A stretch of 62,891 nt of DNA, the filler included, from Folioceros fuciformis (Eukaryota): the NCBI GenBank assembly GCA_049999805.1. It is 10 parts of 10 records of this genome, joined end to end, with 100 filler letters (N's around TTAATTAATTAA, not from the genome) between each part and the next. Parts side by side here need not be neighbours in the genome. Positions count along the whole stretch, not along the records: positions 44,524 to 55,723 come from JBNGIO010000893.1; positions 55,824 to 59,047 come from JBNGIO010000897.1; positions 59,148 to 62,891 come from JBNGIO010000900.1; 7 more parts are not named here. One strand, 5' to 3'. Shown piece by piece: positions 49,700-60,273 of this stretch (its first letter is position 1; the number at the start of each line of letters is the position of its first letter). The translations under genes were made by a program, and so were the position numbers. The notes below the pieces were generated by a model, which was not told the origin of the DNA, did not search any database, and saw nothing but the letters and a program-made list of their open reading frames with translations.

Positions 49700-52465
49700 T
49701 TACTGCAGGTGACTGGCCTCGACGAAAACACACAGCAGCACTCGGATTTTCGAGATGTAGACCGTGGCAGCATTACCATCTACGCAAACACGCAGATTTC
49801 TCACCATAAGTCGTGAGTTGGATTGGGTTCTATTGTGGGGACCATGGGCATGGGCAATAGCAAGCTTCTTGTTCTGCTCAGACAGCGAGCTGAGTTTATT
49901 TGAAACAAATTCTGTGTTCATTCTGGAAAGAAGATGTTGCAGTCTTGCTTCGCTCCTGGGATGCTTCTTTTCTCCAACCGAAAAGGTATGCACCAGTCCG
50001 TACATGTCAGCCCACCAGCTCTGGCCTGGCTCCTTCCAGGCCTTGATACTCATTCTCCTCGCCTGCATCTCTTGTGCCTGCTCCCCCATCTGCGCGCCTC
50101 TATATATGTTGGACATCAACACATATGGTGCAGGATCTTGACTGTCTATGTTGACTGCACCATGAAAAGCAGAGCGACCCACCTCCACATTGCTCCACTT
50201 TTGACAAGCACCCAATAGGGTGTGCCAAACTGCAGCATCTGGCAGTGCAGGCATTGTCCTCGCCAACACAAGTGCCTCATCCAGTAGGCCTGCACGGCCC
50301 AGGAGATCGACCATGCATGTGTAGTGCTCGACAGTAGGACTGATGCCATACTCTTTGCGCATGGTTTCAAAGTACTCTTGCCCCTTGGTCACCAGACCAG
50401 TATGACTGCAGACAGTTAAAACACTGAGGAATGTGGCACCGGTGGGCTGAACGCCATCCTCTCTCATCTTGTCAAACAAGTGAAAGACCACATCACTCCC
50501 TCCTTGTCGCATGTAGCCTGCCATCAATGCATTCCAGGAGACCACGTCTCGTTCCGACAGAGTCTCAAATACCTGCTGCGCATCCACCATGCTCCCGCAT
50601 TTTCCGTACATGTTTATCAACCCACCAGCTACAAGCACATCGGCTTCAAGTCCCTGATCGTTTATCTGGGCATGAAGCTGCCTTCCGAGATGCAACGCTG
50701 CCAAATCTGCACATGACTGCAGGAGACACAAAAACGTCACAGAATCAGGTGCAGCAAGGCCTTCTTGATGCATAGCCCTGTAAAGACCAAGAGCTTCGTG
50801 CCCCATGCCCTGCTGGCAGTATCCTGCAATCATGGCATTCCATGTCACGACGTTTTTCTGACTGAGCTCGTCAAACACGTCGCGGGCATCCTCTAGGCTG
50901 CCACACTTCGCATACATGTTCACCAAGCTGCTGGCTAAAACCACTTTGGTTTGAAGTCCTCGTTCTCTAATCTGTGCATCAAGCTGCCTTCCCTTCTCCA
51001 AAGCCTCGGGGCCCACAGCTGCACAAGCCTGCAGGAGGCATACAAACGTCAGGGAATCAAGTGCAAGACTTCCCTCGTCGTTCATGGCCGCGTAGAGACT
51101 GAGGGCTTGCTCCCCCATTCCCAGCTGGGTATACCCTGCTATCATGGCATTCCATGTCACAACGTTTTTTTGATCAAGTTGGTCAAAAACAACCTTCGCA
51201 TCCTCTAACCTTCCGCATTTTGCATACATATTCACCAAGCTATTGGCTACCACTACATCATCAGCAAGACCTCGTTCTCTTATTTGTGCATGAAGCTGCT
51301 TCCCCTTCTCCAAAGCTTGGGTGCCCAGAGTTGCACATGCCTGCAGGAGAGACACAAACGTCGCACACGTTGGCGCACCCGTATGGTCTTGTTGCATGAC
51401 ACTGAACAGATGAAGGGTCTCCAGCCCCATGCCTTTCTGAGAATATCCTGCCATCATGGTATTCCACGTCACCACATCTTTCTGAGGAAGTCTGTCAAAC
51501 AGCCGCTGAGCATCTTCCAAGCTGCCACACTTTGCATACATGTTAACCAGACTGTTGGCTACAAACACGTTGTCTTCAAGTCCCCGTTCCCTAATTTGTG
51601 CATGTAGCTCCTCCCCATTCTCCAAACCCAGGGCTCCCTCACTAGCACATGCTTGGAGGAGACCCACAAATGTCACAGAATTGGGTGCAACAATACCTTC
51701 CTCTTCCATCTCCCTATAAAGACCAAGGGCTTCTTGACCCATGCCCTGCTGGGAGTATCCTGCTATCATGGCACTCCATATCACGACATCTTTCTGAGGA
51801 AGCCCGTCAAACACTCTTACAGCGTCTTCCAAGCGCCCACAATTTGCATACAAATCCACCAAACAACTAGAGACAAACTTATCCCCTTCAAGCCCACTGG
51901 CCAACACATGCGCATGCACTTGTTGCCCAGAATTGAAGTCAGCTTCACCCGCACAAGCCTGCAGGGCCGCTACAAATACGTGACCATCTGGCTTCACACC
52001 TGACCCTTGCATCCTGTCGTACATCCGTATGGCCTCCTTGCCTTCTCCAAGATTAACATGCGCAGACATTATGGAAGACCACATGAAGGCATCTGGCTTT
52101 GGAACGGCGGTAAACACAGCCTTGGCTTCCTGCAACCTGCCATGAGAAGCATACATCCGCAGGATGTGATTGCACAGGAACGTGTGCACCTCGAACTCCG
52201 TCTTCACCGAGAGAGCATGGACCCGGCGACCCAGAGCCAGATCCCTCTTCACTATACATGTCTTCAGGACAGTATAGAAGACACCGTTGGAAACACAACT
52301 ATTTGTCTGCACCAAAATTCCAAGAGCCTCCACAGCCTCGCTAACCCGGCCCTGTTCACATAGCTTGCTCACTTGTTCAGACGTTAAGCCCATTTCGTAA
52401 CCTGCAGGCATGCACGGGCGACCATCACCCATGAAGCGGCAGACAGGATGATGACCCTTCTGCAT
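49700..52465 (-). CDS. PLS-class PPR protein with E1/E2 and a degenerate DYW (WW-type) domain
   Basis: About 20 P/L/S motifs, EHYTCMVDLLGRAG, KEPGQSWW, and degenerate QNKKLA / RNLRVCVDGN. The frame is open upstream to about 52624, so the true start is uncertain. Confidence 0.92.
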   Translation of the reverse strand: MQKGHHPVCRFMGDGRPCMPAGYEMGLTSEQVSKLCEQGRVSEAVEALGILVQTNSCVSNGVFYTVLKTCIVKRDLALGRRVHALSVKTEFEVHTFLCNHILRMYASHGRLQEAKAVFTAVPKPDAFMWSSIMSAHVNLGEGKEAIRMYDRMQGSGVKPDGHVFVAALQACAGEADFNSGQQVHAHVLASGLEGDKFVSSCLVDLYANCGRLEDAVRVFDGLPQKDVVIWSAMIAGYSQQGMGQEALGLYREMEEEGIVAPNSVTFVGLLQACASEGALGLENGEELHAQIRERGLEDNVFVANSLVNMYAKCGSLEDAQRLFDRLPQKDVVTWNTMMAGYSQKGMGLETLHLFSVMQQDHTGAPTCATFVSLLQACATLGTQALEKGKQLHAQIRERGLADDVVVANSLVNMYAKCGRLEDAKVVFDQLDQKNVVTWNAMIAGYTQLGMGEQALSLYAAMNDEGSLALDSLTFVCLLQACAAVGPEALEKGRQLDAQIRERGLQTKVVLASSLVNMYAKCGSLEDARDVFDELSQKNVVTWNAMIAGYCQQGMGHEALGLYRAMHQEGLAAPDSVTFLCLLQSCADLAALHLGRQLHAQINDQGLEADVLVAGGLINMYGKCGSMVDAQQVFETLSERDVVSWNALMAGYMRQGGSDVVFHLFDKMREDGVQPTGATFLSVLTVCSHTGLVTKGQEYFETMRKEYGISPTVEHYTCMVDLLGRAGLLDEALVLARTMPALPDAAVWHTLLGACQKWSNVEVGRSAFHGAVNIDSQDPAPYVLMSNIYRGAQMGEQAQEMQARRMSIKAWKEPGQSWWADMYGLVHTFSVGEKKHPRSEARLQHLLSRMNTEFVSNKLSSLSEQNKKLAIAHAHGPHNRTQSNSRLMVRNLRVCVDGNAATVYISKIRVLLCVFVEASHLQ

Positions 52466-52874
52466 ATCCAGGGCACACAAATGCGCATCCTGAGCTCGTT
52501 TGTCAAACTGGTCTAGCCACAGGGCCTCCCAGCACTTCCAAAGGGAAGTTCCTGGATGCGCTCGCCGGGAGATCCGTCGCCAGCCACAGGCCCTCTTGGA
52601 TGCTCTGCCTGTCTTGCACAGGGGCTGTCAGTTGCCAACGGTTGGTTCCAGGAAGTCAGGTCAACGGGAGATACCCCCACAATGCCTAAGACAGCTCCAA
52701 CTCGAAGGAGCAGAGCGGCCCCTTGTGTTCGATGTACGACCCAAAAATATCTGAGGCTTCGGTTTCCATCGTCTTCAGACATTTGAAAAACGTGTGTGAA
52801 CACAATATCCTCTTCGATGAGGAAAGTCGAAGTGCTCTCCATCCTGATCGAAGGAGTGTCACACAGTGGGATCG

Positions 52875-55319
52875 ATGGAAGCTTCTCCATTTCGTGTGAC
52901 TAGTTCCTTCCTGTTGTTCTGGGCACCCGATCAGCAATGCGTCTCCAAATGCGCATGGAGAGCACCTGCAACAGATTCCGCCCGAACATTTTTCTGGGTG
53001 GCCTGCCACGCTCACTTCTCGCAACGCGATGGATTAGACGCCGCTCGGAAGATGGAAGTTCGAAGGTCATTGTCGTACGCGAGCTTACGCACTTCGGAGG
53101 ATGTGTCTGGGAAGGTAGGATCGACTTGAATGGATCGTTCAGTTGATGGTTGTTGTGTGGTTGGCAGTGCTCAGCTGTGAACGGGTGCTGCCTCTGCAGA
53201 GCAAGCGGAAGTCTTTTCAATTCGGAGAAGGAGTTGCCTCAAACGGTTTAGAGAGGGCAAGCTGCCTATCCAAGGTACCGTCTGTGGAGCTAGGTGAGAA
53301 ACTAGCAATGTTTGACCGCGAACCTCTGCCCTGTTGCGCTTGTGTTACCTGCTCAGGTGACGGATTTTTTCGCAGATGTAGGAGGACTCGTGAAGAGGGA
53401 GCGGCTGAAGCTGCTGTGGCAGGAGTTCTTTGAAGGCCCTGAACAATGGGTGGACAACAGACGGATTAAGGTATTTCAGACCGGCATTTGCAGGCAAATC
53501 CAGCGATTCACCAATTCGTGGAGAGCATAAGCTGGCTCATGATTTCAAGCTCATGTGCAGGCTGTTGAAAACCTGTATTGGTAGCTTTGCAGAAGAGTCC
53601 TCAGCATCCTGACTTCAAGCACAAGAGGAAGCCTCAGGCACTATGGATAGACAACAAGTTCAATCCCCGTTGGATAAAAACGAAGCTAGCCGTTCTGGCT
53701 AAGGAGGAGGATGACGTTGTGCTCAGTCCAGGCCTCGTTTGTATGGTGCCAAGCAGGGTAACGATGAGGTACGAAAGCTGTGTGTCCTGTAACTATGGCT
53801 GTGTTGGAAGAGGGGCAAGCTGTGAGTGATTGGAACATCCGATGACGAACTCTGAGGCCTCATCTGTGCTTTTCAAACTGCTTATCACTCCTGCAGAACC
53901 GATGTGAATTTGGAGGATGCTGAAGAAGTTCGTCGACTCTGCGAAGAGGGGAGACTTCAGGAGGCTCTGTATGATATTGAGGTTATCAATCTGCAAGGAA
54001 GCGTCAATGCTGCTATGGAGAAGTACTGGCACCTTCTGCAGGGTTGCACCAAAATGAAGAGTCTAGTTCACGTGTCAATTGTGCATTCTTCCATAGACGA
54101 GGCAGGTTTCGGCTCGTCCCGGTATCTGGGTAATGCTCTAGTAAATAGCTACGCTCAATGTGGAAGCCTGGCTGAGGCACTTTCGGTGTTCAACAAGCTG
54201 TCGCAACGAACGGTCATATCCTGGACCGCACTTATCTCAGGACACGCAAAGAGTGGAGAAGGCCTTCTAGCCGTGGAACTTTACCGAACGATGCAACGGG
54301 AAGGTGTGAAGCCAAACTCGTACACCTTCGTTGCTATTTTACAAGCTTGTGCCAGGACAGGAGACCTGGAGCACGGCAAGCGGGTCCATGCTGAAGCCGT
54401 CTGCGATGGGCTGGAATCCGATCTGTTTGTCGGTACTGCACTGGTGGACATGTATGTCAAGTGTGGAAGCATGGCAGATGCCCAGGGAGTTTTTGACAGA
54501 ATGGCACGGCATGATGTGGTCTCCTGGACGGCCATGATAACAGGCTACTCCCAGGAAGACCAGGGTGACAAGGCTTTGCAACTCTATGCCCAGATGCAAG
54601 AGGAAGGCCTGATCCCGGATGCTTTTGTCTTTGCAAGTGTTCTCAGAGCCTGCAGCAGCCTCGCAGTGAGGGAGGAAGCAACACTTATAGAGGGCAAGTC
54701 ACTGAAGTTCACATCCTTACAAAAAGGTAGGGATATTCACGCCGAGGTTGTCCGGATGGGGCATGAATCCGATCCTATTGTGGGGACCAGCATGATTGAC
54801 ATGTACTCGAAGTGTGGGAGCATGGTGGAAGCCCAAAGAGCGTTCGATGCGTCATCCAAGACCCACGTGGGGCTCTGGAATGCTCTCATCAGAGGGTACA
54901 CTGAACGGGACCAGTGCCTGGTCGTTTTGCAGCTTCACTCTCAGATGCGATCGGCAGGGGTCAAGCCAGACGGTTGGACTTTTCCCAGCTTACTCCGAGC
55001 ATGTATCAGCCTGTTAGAAAGTGAAGACTCCATCGCTCATGGATCGGTCTTACCAGATCCCCGGCAGGCAGGCCAGGAAATCCATGCCGAAATCATCAGG
55101 GAAGGCTACGAGTCAGACATCGTGGTTGGCAACGCCCTGGTGCAAATGTATGCGAAATGCGGGAACATGGTAGATGCTCAACTAGTTTTTGATTCATTGT
55201 CCCAGCCTGATCCGCTGTCGTGGAAAGCAATGGCAGCAGGGTATGCCCAGCAAGGGCAGATTGAAAAGGCTCAGCCCTTCAACACTGGACCGGAAGCTGA
55301 AGGAACCGGCCAGGTCTAG
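52875..55319 (+). CDS. PLS-PPR protein with N-terminal OSB-type PDF motif; no E/DYW domain
   Basis: Exons at about 53376-53470 (LWQEFFEGPEQWVDNRRIK) and 53593-53768 (KSPQHPDFKHKRKPQALWIDNKFNPRW) splice in frame to 53897-55319 (about 11-12 PLS motifs). The start exon is uncertain (ATG 52875, 52937 or 53052). Confidence 0.8.
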
Positions 55320-55448
55320 GTCGATAGACATACACTGTCAGTAGACATCCATGGCTGCCAGCATCTGAACGTTGATGTTTCTGTGCAGCAGACATCCCTG
55401 GCTGAGGGCAACATCGATGTTTCTGTGCAATCATACGAGCCAATCTTA

Positions 55449-55610
55449 CCTGAGGAATGTCTAGGTTAAATTAGACACTAAAAAAGATATAATCTCATAT
55501 TTTTTATAATTGAAAAAGAAATGAAAAGTCCCTGAGAATGTCTAAGTTAAATTAGACATTAAAAAAGATATGATCTCATATTTTTTATAATTAAAAAAGA
55601 GATAGAAAGT
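55449..55610. repeat. Two-copy tandem duplication, about 81-bp AT-rich unit
   Basis: cctgag(g)aatgtcta(g/a)gttaaattagaca..aaaaaagatat(a/g)atctcatatttttt twice. Confidence 0.75.
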
Positions 55611-58600
55611 TGGGAACTCCAAAGATGGGAGGAACAAAACAATTAGATATACTCTACCTGCAAATATTATTTTCAAAAACTACCCCATTAGAGCCAAAAG
55701 CAAAAAAAATGTACGCTTTCATGNNNNNNNNNNNNNNNNNNNNNNNNNNNNNNNNNNNNNNNNNNNNTTAATTAATTAANNNNNNNNNNNNNNNNNNNNN
55801 NNNNNNNNNNNNNNNNNNNNNNNGGGTTGAGAAGAGCGTGAAAATGGAGGGGGAAGGGGGAATTGGGCAAGCATTGGAGAAGTGTTGCAGATAGATGTTG
55901 GATTTCTCCCTGTCGTTTCTGATATGTATTGAAAGGTAGGGATTAGGGGGTTTGGATTGCTTGGAAGGCGTCGAGTATTGGGGTTTCGGCGTTTGGGGTT
56001 ATGCAGGAATATGTGGTAGGGAAGGCGCCGTAAGGGAAATGCCGTGAGGAACATGCCGTGATGGATTTGATATTCGTAGAAGAGCCGATCGTGATGTTAC
56101 TTTCATGATTCTAGGGACTTATGCACGGGATTGTCCAATTGTCATTCTCTTAGTCGCTATGATAATGCGGCTTCGAGTGGCATATGGAAGTCATCTTAGA
56201 GCTCCTTATCGGTTCTTGAAGATGGTATTTCTGAGTAGATATTGAGTAGATGTTACATCCATTTTTCAAGGTGCCGAGTATAATTCCTCCATTGAGTTTG
56301 GTTTCACATGATTCCCCGCTGCTTGGCCTATGGAGGTGCATTTCTCAGACTGCCGACCTTGCCCGGTAGATGAAATGGATTGTGTTCCAGATCCCAAGTT
56401 CATCACACGACGCACCGGTACTTCTGTCGTCCACGCTTTGGAAAGATCCGAACCTACACACTTCAACTATGCCCTGACCTACTCCTCCTTTGAAATCCCT
56501 CACAGCCCAATGATTCCCCTGTAAATAGAAGTGGTCTACCCGCAGTTCGGTACTGTTAAGCGATATCTGCTGGGAGAACCGTTAAGGGTGTGGTTGACCT
56601 TGGATGGGAAGGTGCCTGAGGCAATCGGCGATTTACGGGTTCATGTCGGTGGTGATGTGGAAGAATGCTATTGGCCAGATTAGATGAATGTGGCGGTGTA
56701 TTAACGGAAAAGTCGAATAGGACCGAGCATGCTCGGTGAAATTCTTTTATACTTGAATGGAGAAGCAGTTGAATTTAAGGTTTCTATCATTCGCAAAGCT
56801 GTCCTTGGTAAGACTATATATACGAGATACGCCTGGTAGCCTATATGTATGGTAACGGATAGCATGGGGGTTAGTTTGTTATATGGTAATGTGGTCCAGA
56901 CCCGCCGTGCATCTATCTCATCGTCATTCGTTCGAAGTGTATCTAGGTTTACAAAGGCCCTATTGTTACATCGAGCGATGACGTATTAGAAATCATTTTG
57001 CATGCTCTCTGCTAGGATCCGCTCTGTGCTTTCCTCTGGCTATCTCATGTTTGGATTTCGCAAGGACTTTCTTTGAGCGGATGGTCTTGTCGAGCGACAG
57101 AAGGTTGCAGTTGGAGCGTTTCGTGGGGGTTTGAAGTGCCAAGCCATCGTAGGGAGAGCTTAACTGCCGATAAGCTAGAGCAATTACTAGTACCGTGTGG
57201 CTGAGCTTGGAATAGAAGCCAAATGCGCCGTGATGATTCATCAAGTGAGCGCCCGAGTTACTACATTTCTACTGCTAAATTGACTCCGGATTCCGTTGGC
57301 TTTCCGTAATTAGTGCTCTACTTAGTGCTTCTTAGCGCGTCTAGAGTAGGGGCGTAACTAGATATACTTCCTACATCAAGATCCCCGCAGCACATGTCAA
57401 TCCAGGGAGATCCAGATGCATCTGACCCTTCCATGCTGTGGCAAGCCAAGTGCCTGACACGCTGCGTCGTGGCGACGAAAAACTCGACCTGACTTGAATT
57501 TGCTAATGGTTGTAGTACAGGTGTGGACCCGGACTCGGCACAACTTCCTAACCACCACAACGTGAAGCAGCGGAGTGAGTCCGATCTCTTTCAACGGTCA
57601 GCACACCCAATCCTTTGTCGCAATGTCGGAGTACAGTCCGGCTTGACGTGTTATATTTGCCCACCGCTTATTGAAATTGCCTGGTCTCCTGATCAATGCG
57701 CAGCTTCGTCTGTGGATGCATGCATGCACATGGTACTCGTGCAGTCATGCTGTCTACGTTGGACATGTCTGGTGTGCGCAAAGGACACAACGAGACCAGA
57801 CGCCCGCGGAGATGCCGAGGTCAGCCGCTGCCCGTGGACCACCGCATCTGCAACTGGGAGTGCCACTGCGGGACGTCGACGGAGACGCAGCTTTCTTTGT
57901 TGGATAGAATTGTTCGCTGATGGTGAAACTTCGGTAGCGACGTTAGTAACCTCAGCGCCCCTCGTTGGACTTGTCCTGTTTCGGGCCAAGTTGTAGATCA
58001 ACTGCTACACGTGCGTTCCCGTCCCTGCGGCCCTGGCCCTCCAATGCGGCGCGACGACTGTTTGACGTCTGCAGTGGCTGCTTGCTAGCTACCACTTGCA
58101 GCGAGACGGACCTGGAGCCGGGCGGTCATCTGCTCGCCGTCCCGTTGGAGCCAGGTCGCTTCGAGAGACAGCTAACGTACGCGAGACAAGGCTTATGGCG
58201 TACGTCGTCAAAGACGTGCTTCGTACGGCGATATTGACCGATGTGCAGAATGGGATTTCGCCATCGGAGAAACAAGGGAGTAATTTTTTTTTTCCATCCT
58301 CCCAGTACCAGCATTCGCTTTTGACAGAGGATGAGTAGGGCCGACTGAAGTTTCGGGGGGAACCTTCGCCTACAGTGCCGATCGCCGTCCAGCGCCGATC
58401 AATCACATCGAACCCAAGTTTGTTGCGGTTTCTAAACTGGATTTCACGTCGTGCCATCATAACTTAGCCGTAATCTGGAAAACGCCGTAAAGGATTTCGA
58501 TCCTGGCTTAGCTTTCGACGACTTCTATTCCATTGTTTCTCGAAGGTCGTTAGAAACACGCTATGCCGATTCATGCGGCTGGGCGTTTCGCGGTTGATGT

Positions 58601-60273
58601 CCTTCGGAGCTGATCCGAGAAGCGCTCGTGGCTGTTTAGCCCTACCGATGAACGATGCATGATCCACCCATAGCCCGTCAGGTGTTGCGCCTTGTTGCTC
58701 GGGCCTCATTACCGGTGCCATGGGCACGCATTACCAAGGCTGCCATGGCGGTTCCTTAAGTGTTAGGTATTGCGAGTCAGAAATATCGGAAGAGAAGGGC
58801 TGACGAGCTGCGAGCGAAGGCTTTTTCATGCGCAAGCAAGGATCCGACGAGGTACATAGAATGGCTTGTGCCTAGTGTGGCTGTCGCACTCTTTGGATAC
58901 CTCCCGCCTTTGTATGCCAGCCAGCTGAGGCACATCAAGACAGCTGAACGTGATCACGATAGCCCCATTCTTAAAAGACTATTTGGCACCCTATACGAGA
59001 CCTTGGGCAAACCCCACCCACCTCCCCAGCCATGTCGACCGACAGCANNNNNNNNNNNNNNNNNNNNNNNNNNNNNNNNNNNNNNNNNNNNTTAATTAAT
59101 TAANNNNNNNNNNNNNNNNNNNNNNNNNNNNNNNNNNNNNNNNNNNNGCCAGGGCTTGTTGTTTCCGGGATCCGGGTGAAACTGGGGAGGAGAGTGTCGA
59201 AGTGATGTTGGTCTGCTTGTTTCCTCTTCGGATAAAGGGTCTTGCTTTGGTTTGTTTCAAGAGACTGCAGGTTTCCCAAGCAAATTTTGTTGTTTGTCAG
59301 TAGTGGTTCACGTCTTGGAGGGATGAAGCGAAAGTACATGAGGATCGAGGGAGGAACTTTTACGGGAGAGTAGGTCACCTGGCAAGGAAGAGAGAATTTC
59401 TTTCTAGTGTGGGACATTTTCTCGAGCGCGATCGGGAGTCTTTCAACAAAAAAGAGTTTGTGCATGCTAAGATGGTGCAGTTTGCTTTCGTCCTTTGTTC
59501 AGCAACGGGAAGGACTCTTCACTCGTAGAATCGAGCATTCTGACAACGCTTTTGAGAACTTCATTCTGTTCGGACAAACTCCTCTGTCTTGCTGACGCGA
59601 CATGAGACCTGCAGATGTAACAACAGCGAGAGCTGAATCAGAATGATACAGATGCTCGAGCCAGCCGCACTCTCTCTAATTCTTCGTGAGACACTGAGCT
59701 CAGCTGAGCACCCCATCTCTGAATCTGTTCGACACTGCGTCAAGTGCACCAAGAGTTCAAACTTGGGCCCTCACCCCGAAGCACCGATGTCAGGAAGAGG
59801 ACGGCACTCGAGGACGAGCAGCTGCCAGTTGCATTGCAGGCCGTAAGACATTAAGTGCAGAGTTCCTTGCCTACGTACTGTAACGCACACTCCATGACCC
59901 TCAGCTGGTGTGCCATTTTAAGAGTACTCAGGTGAGATTCCGCAGATCCCTCCCGCGACAGTGTTTCTGCATACGTACATCGAACCCAGGCCTCTGACAC
60001 ATCCAGGTCACTTCCAAAGACCTCTGTGCTAAGCTCATGCACGCCTGCAATGGAACTCTCTTCTCTTCCCGTCTCGTTGGACCCTCCTGCTCTGTATTGG
60101 ACATGCACTGATACAATCATGTCGTGTCTTGAACTAGTAAGCTTAGATTTCAACTGCACAGGTCGTGGATTTCTAATTGACATGCATTGCTACAATGCCT
60201 TTAATGCAGCCAGCTGAGAGCAGCTTGTGGGCTGGCAAAGCTCGAAAGTTCCTCTCGTTTCAATTCGCGCAGC

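Noticed and set aside
52480-52660. Possible decayed PDF motif upstream of the minus-strand PPR (PDF, EGLWL, EALWL)
   Set aside because: The fragments are not in one frame and the WxDNR/KHK core is missing.
58300-58380. PRNFSRPYSSSVKSECW resembling the plant HNH-protein N-terminus
   Set aside because: No downstream HNH motif, and the similarity is too short.
13569-59147. Recurrent palindromic TTAATTAATTAA flanked by Ns
   Set aside because: Artificial six-frame-stop assembly linker, not biology.
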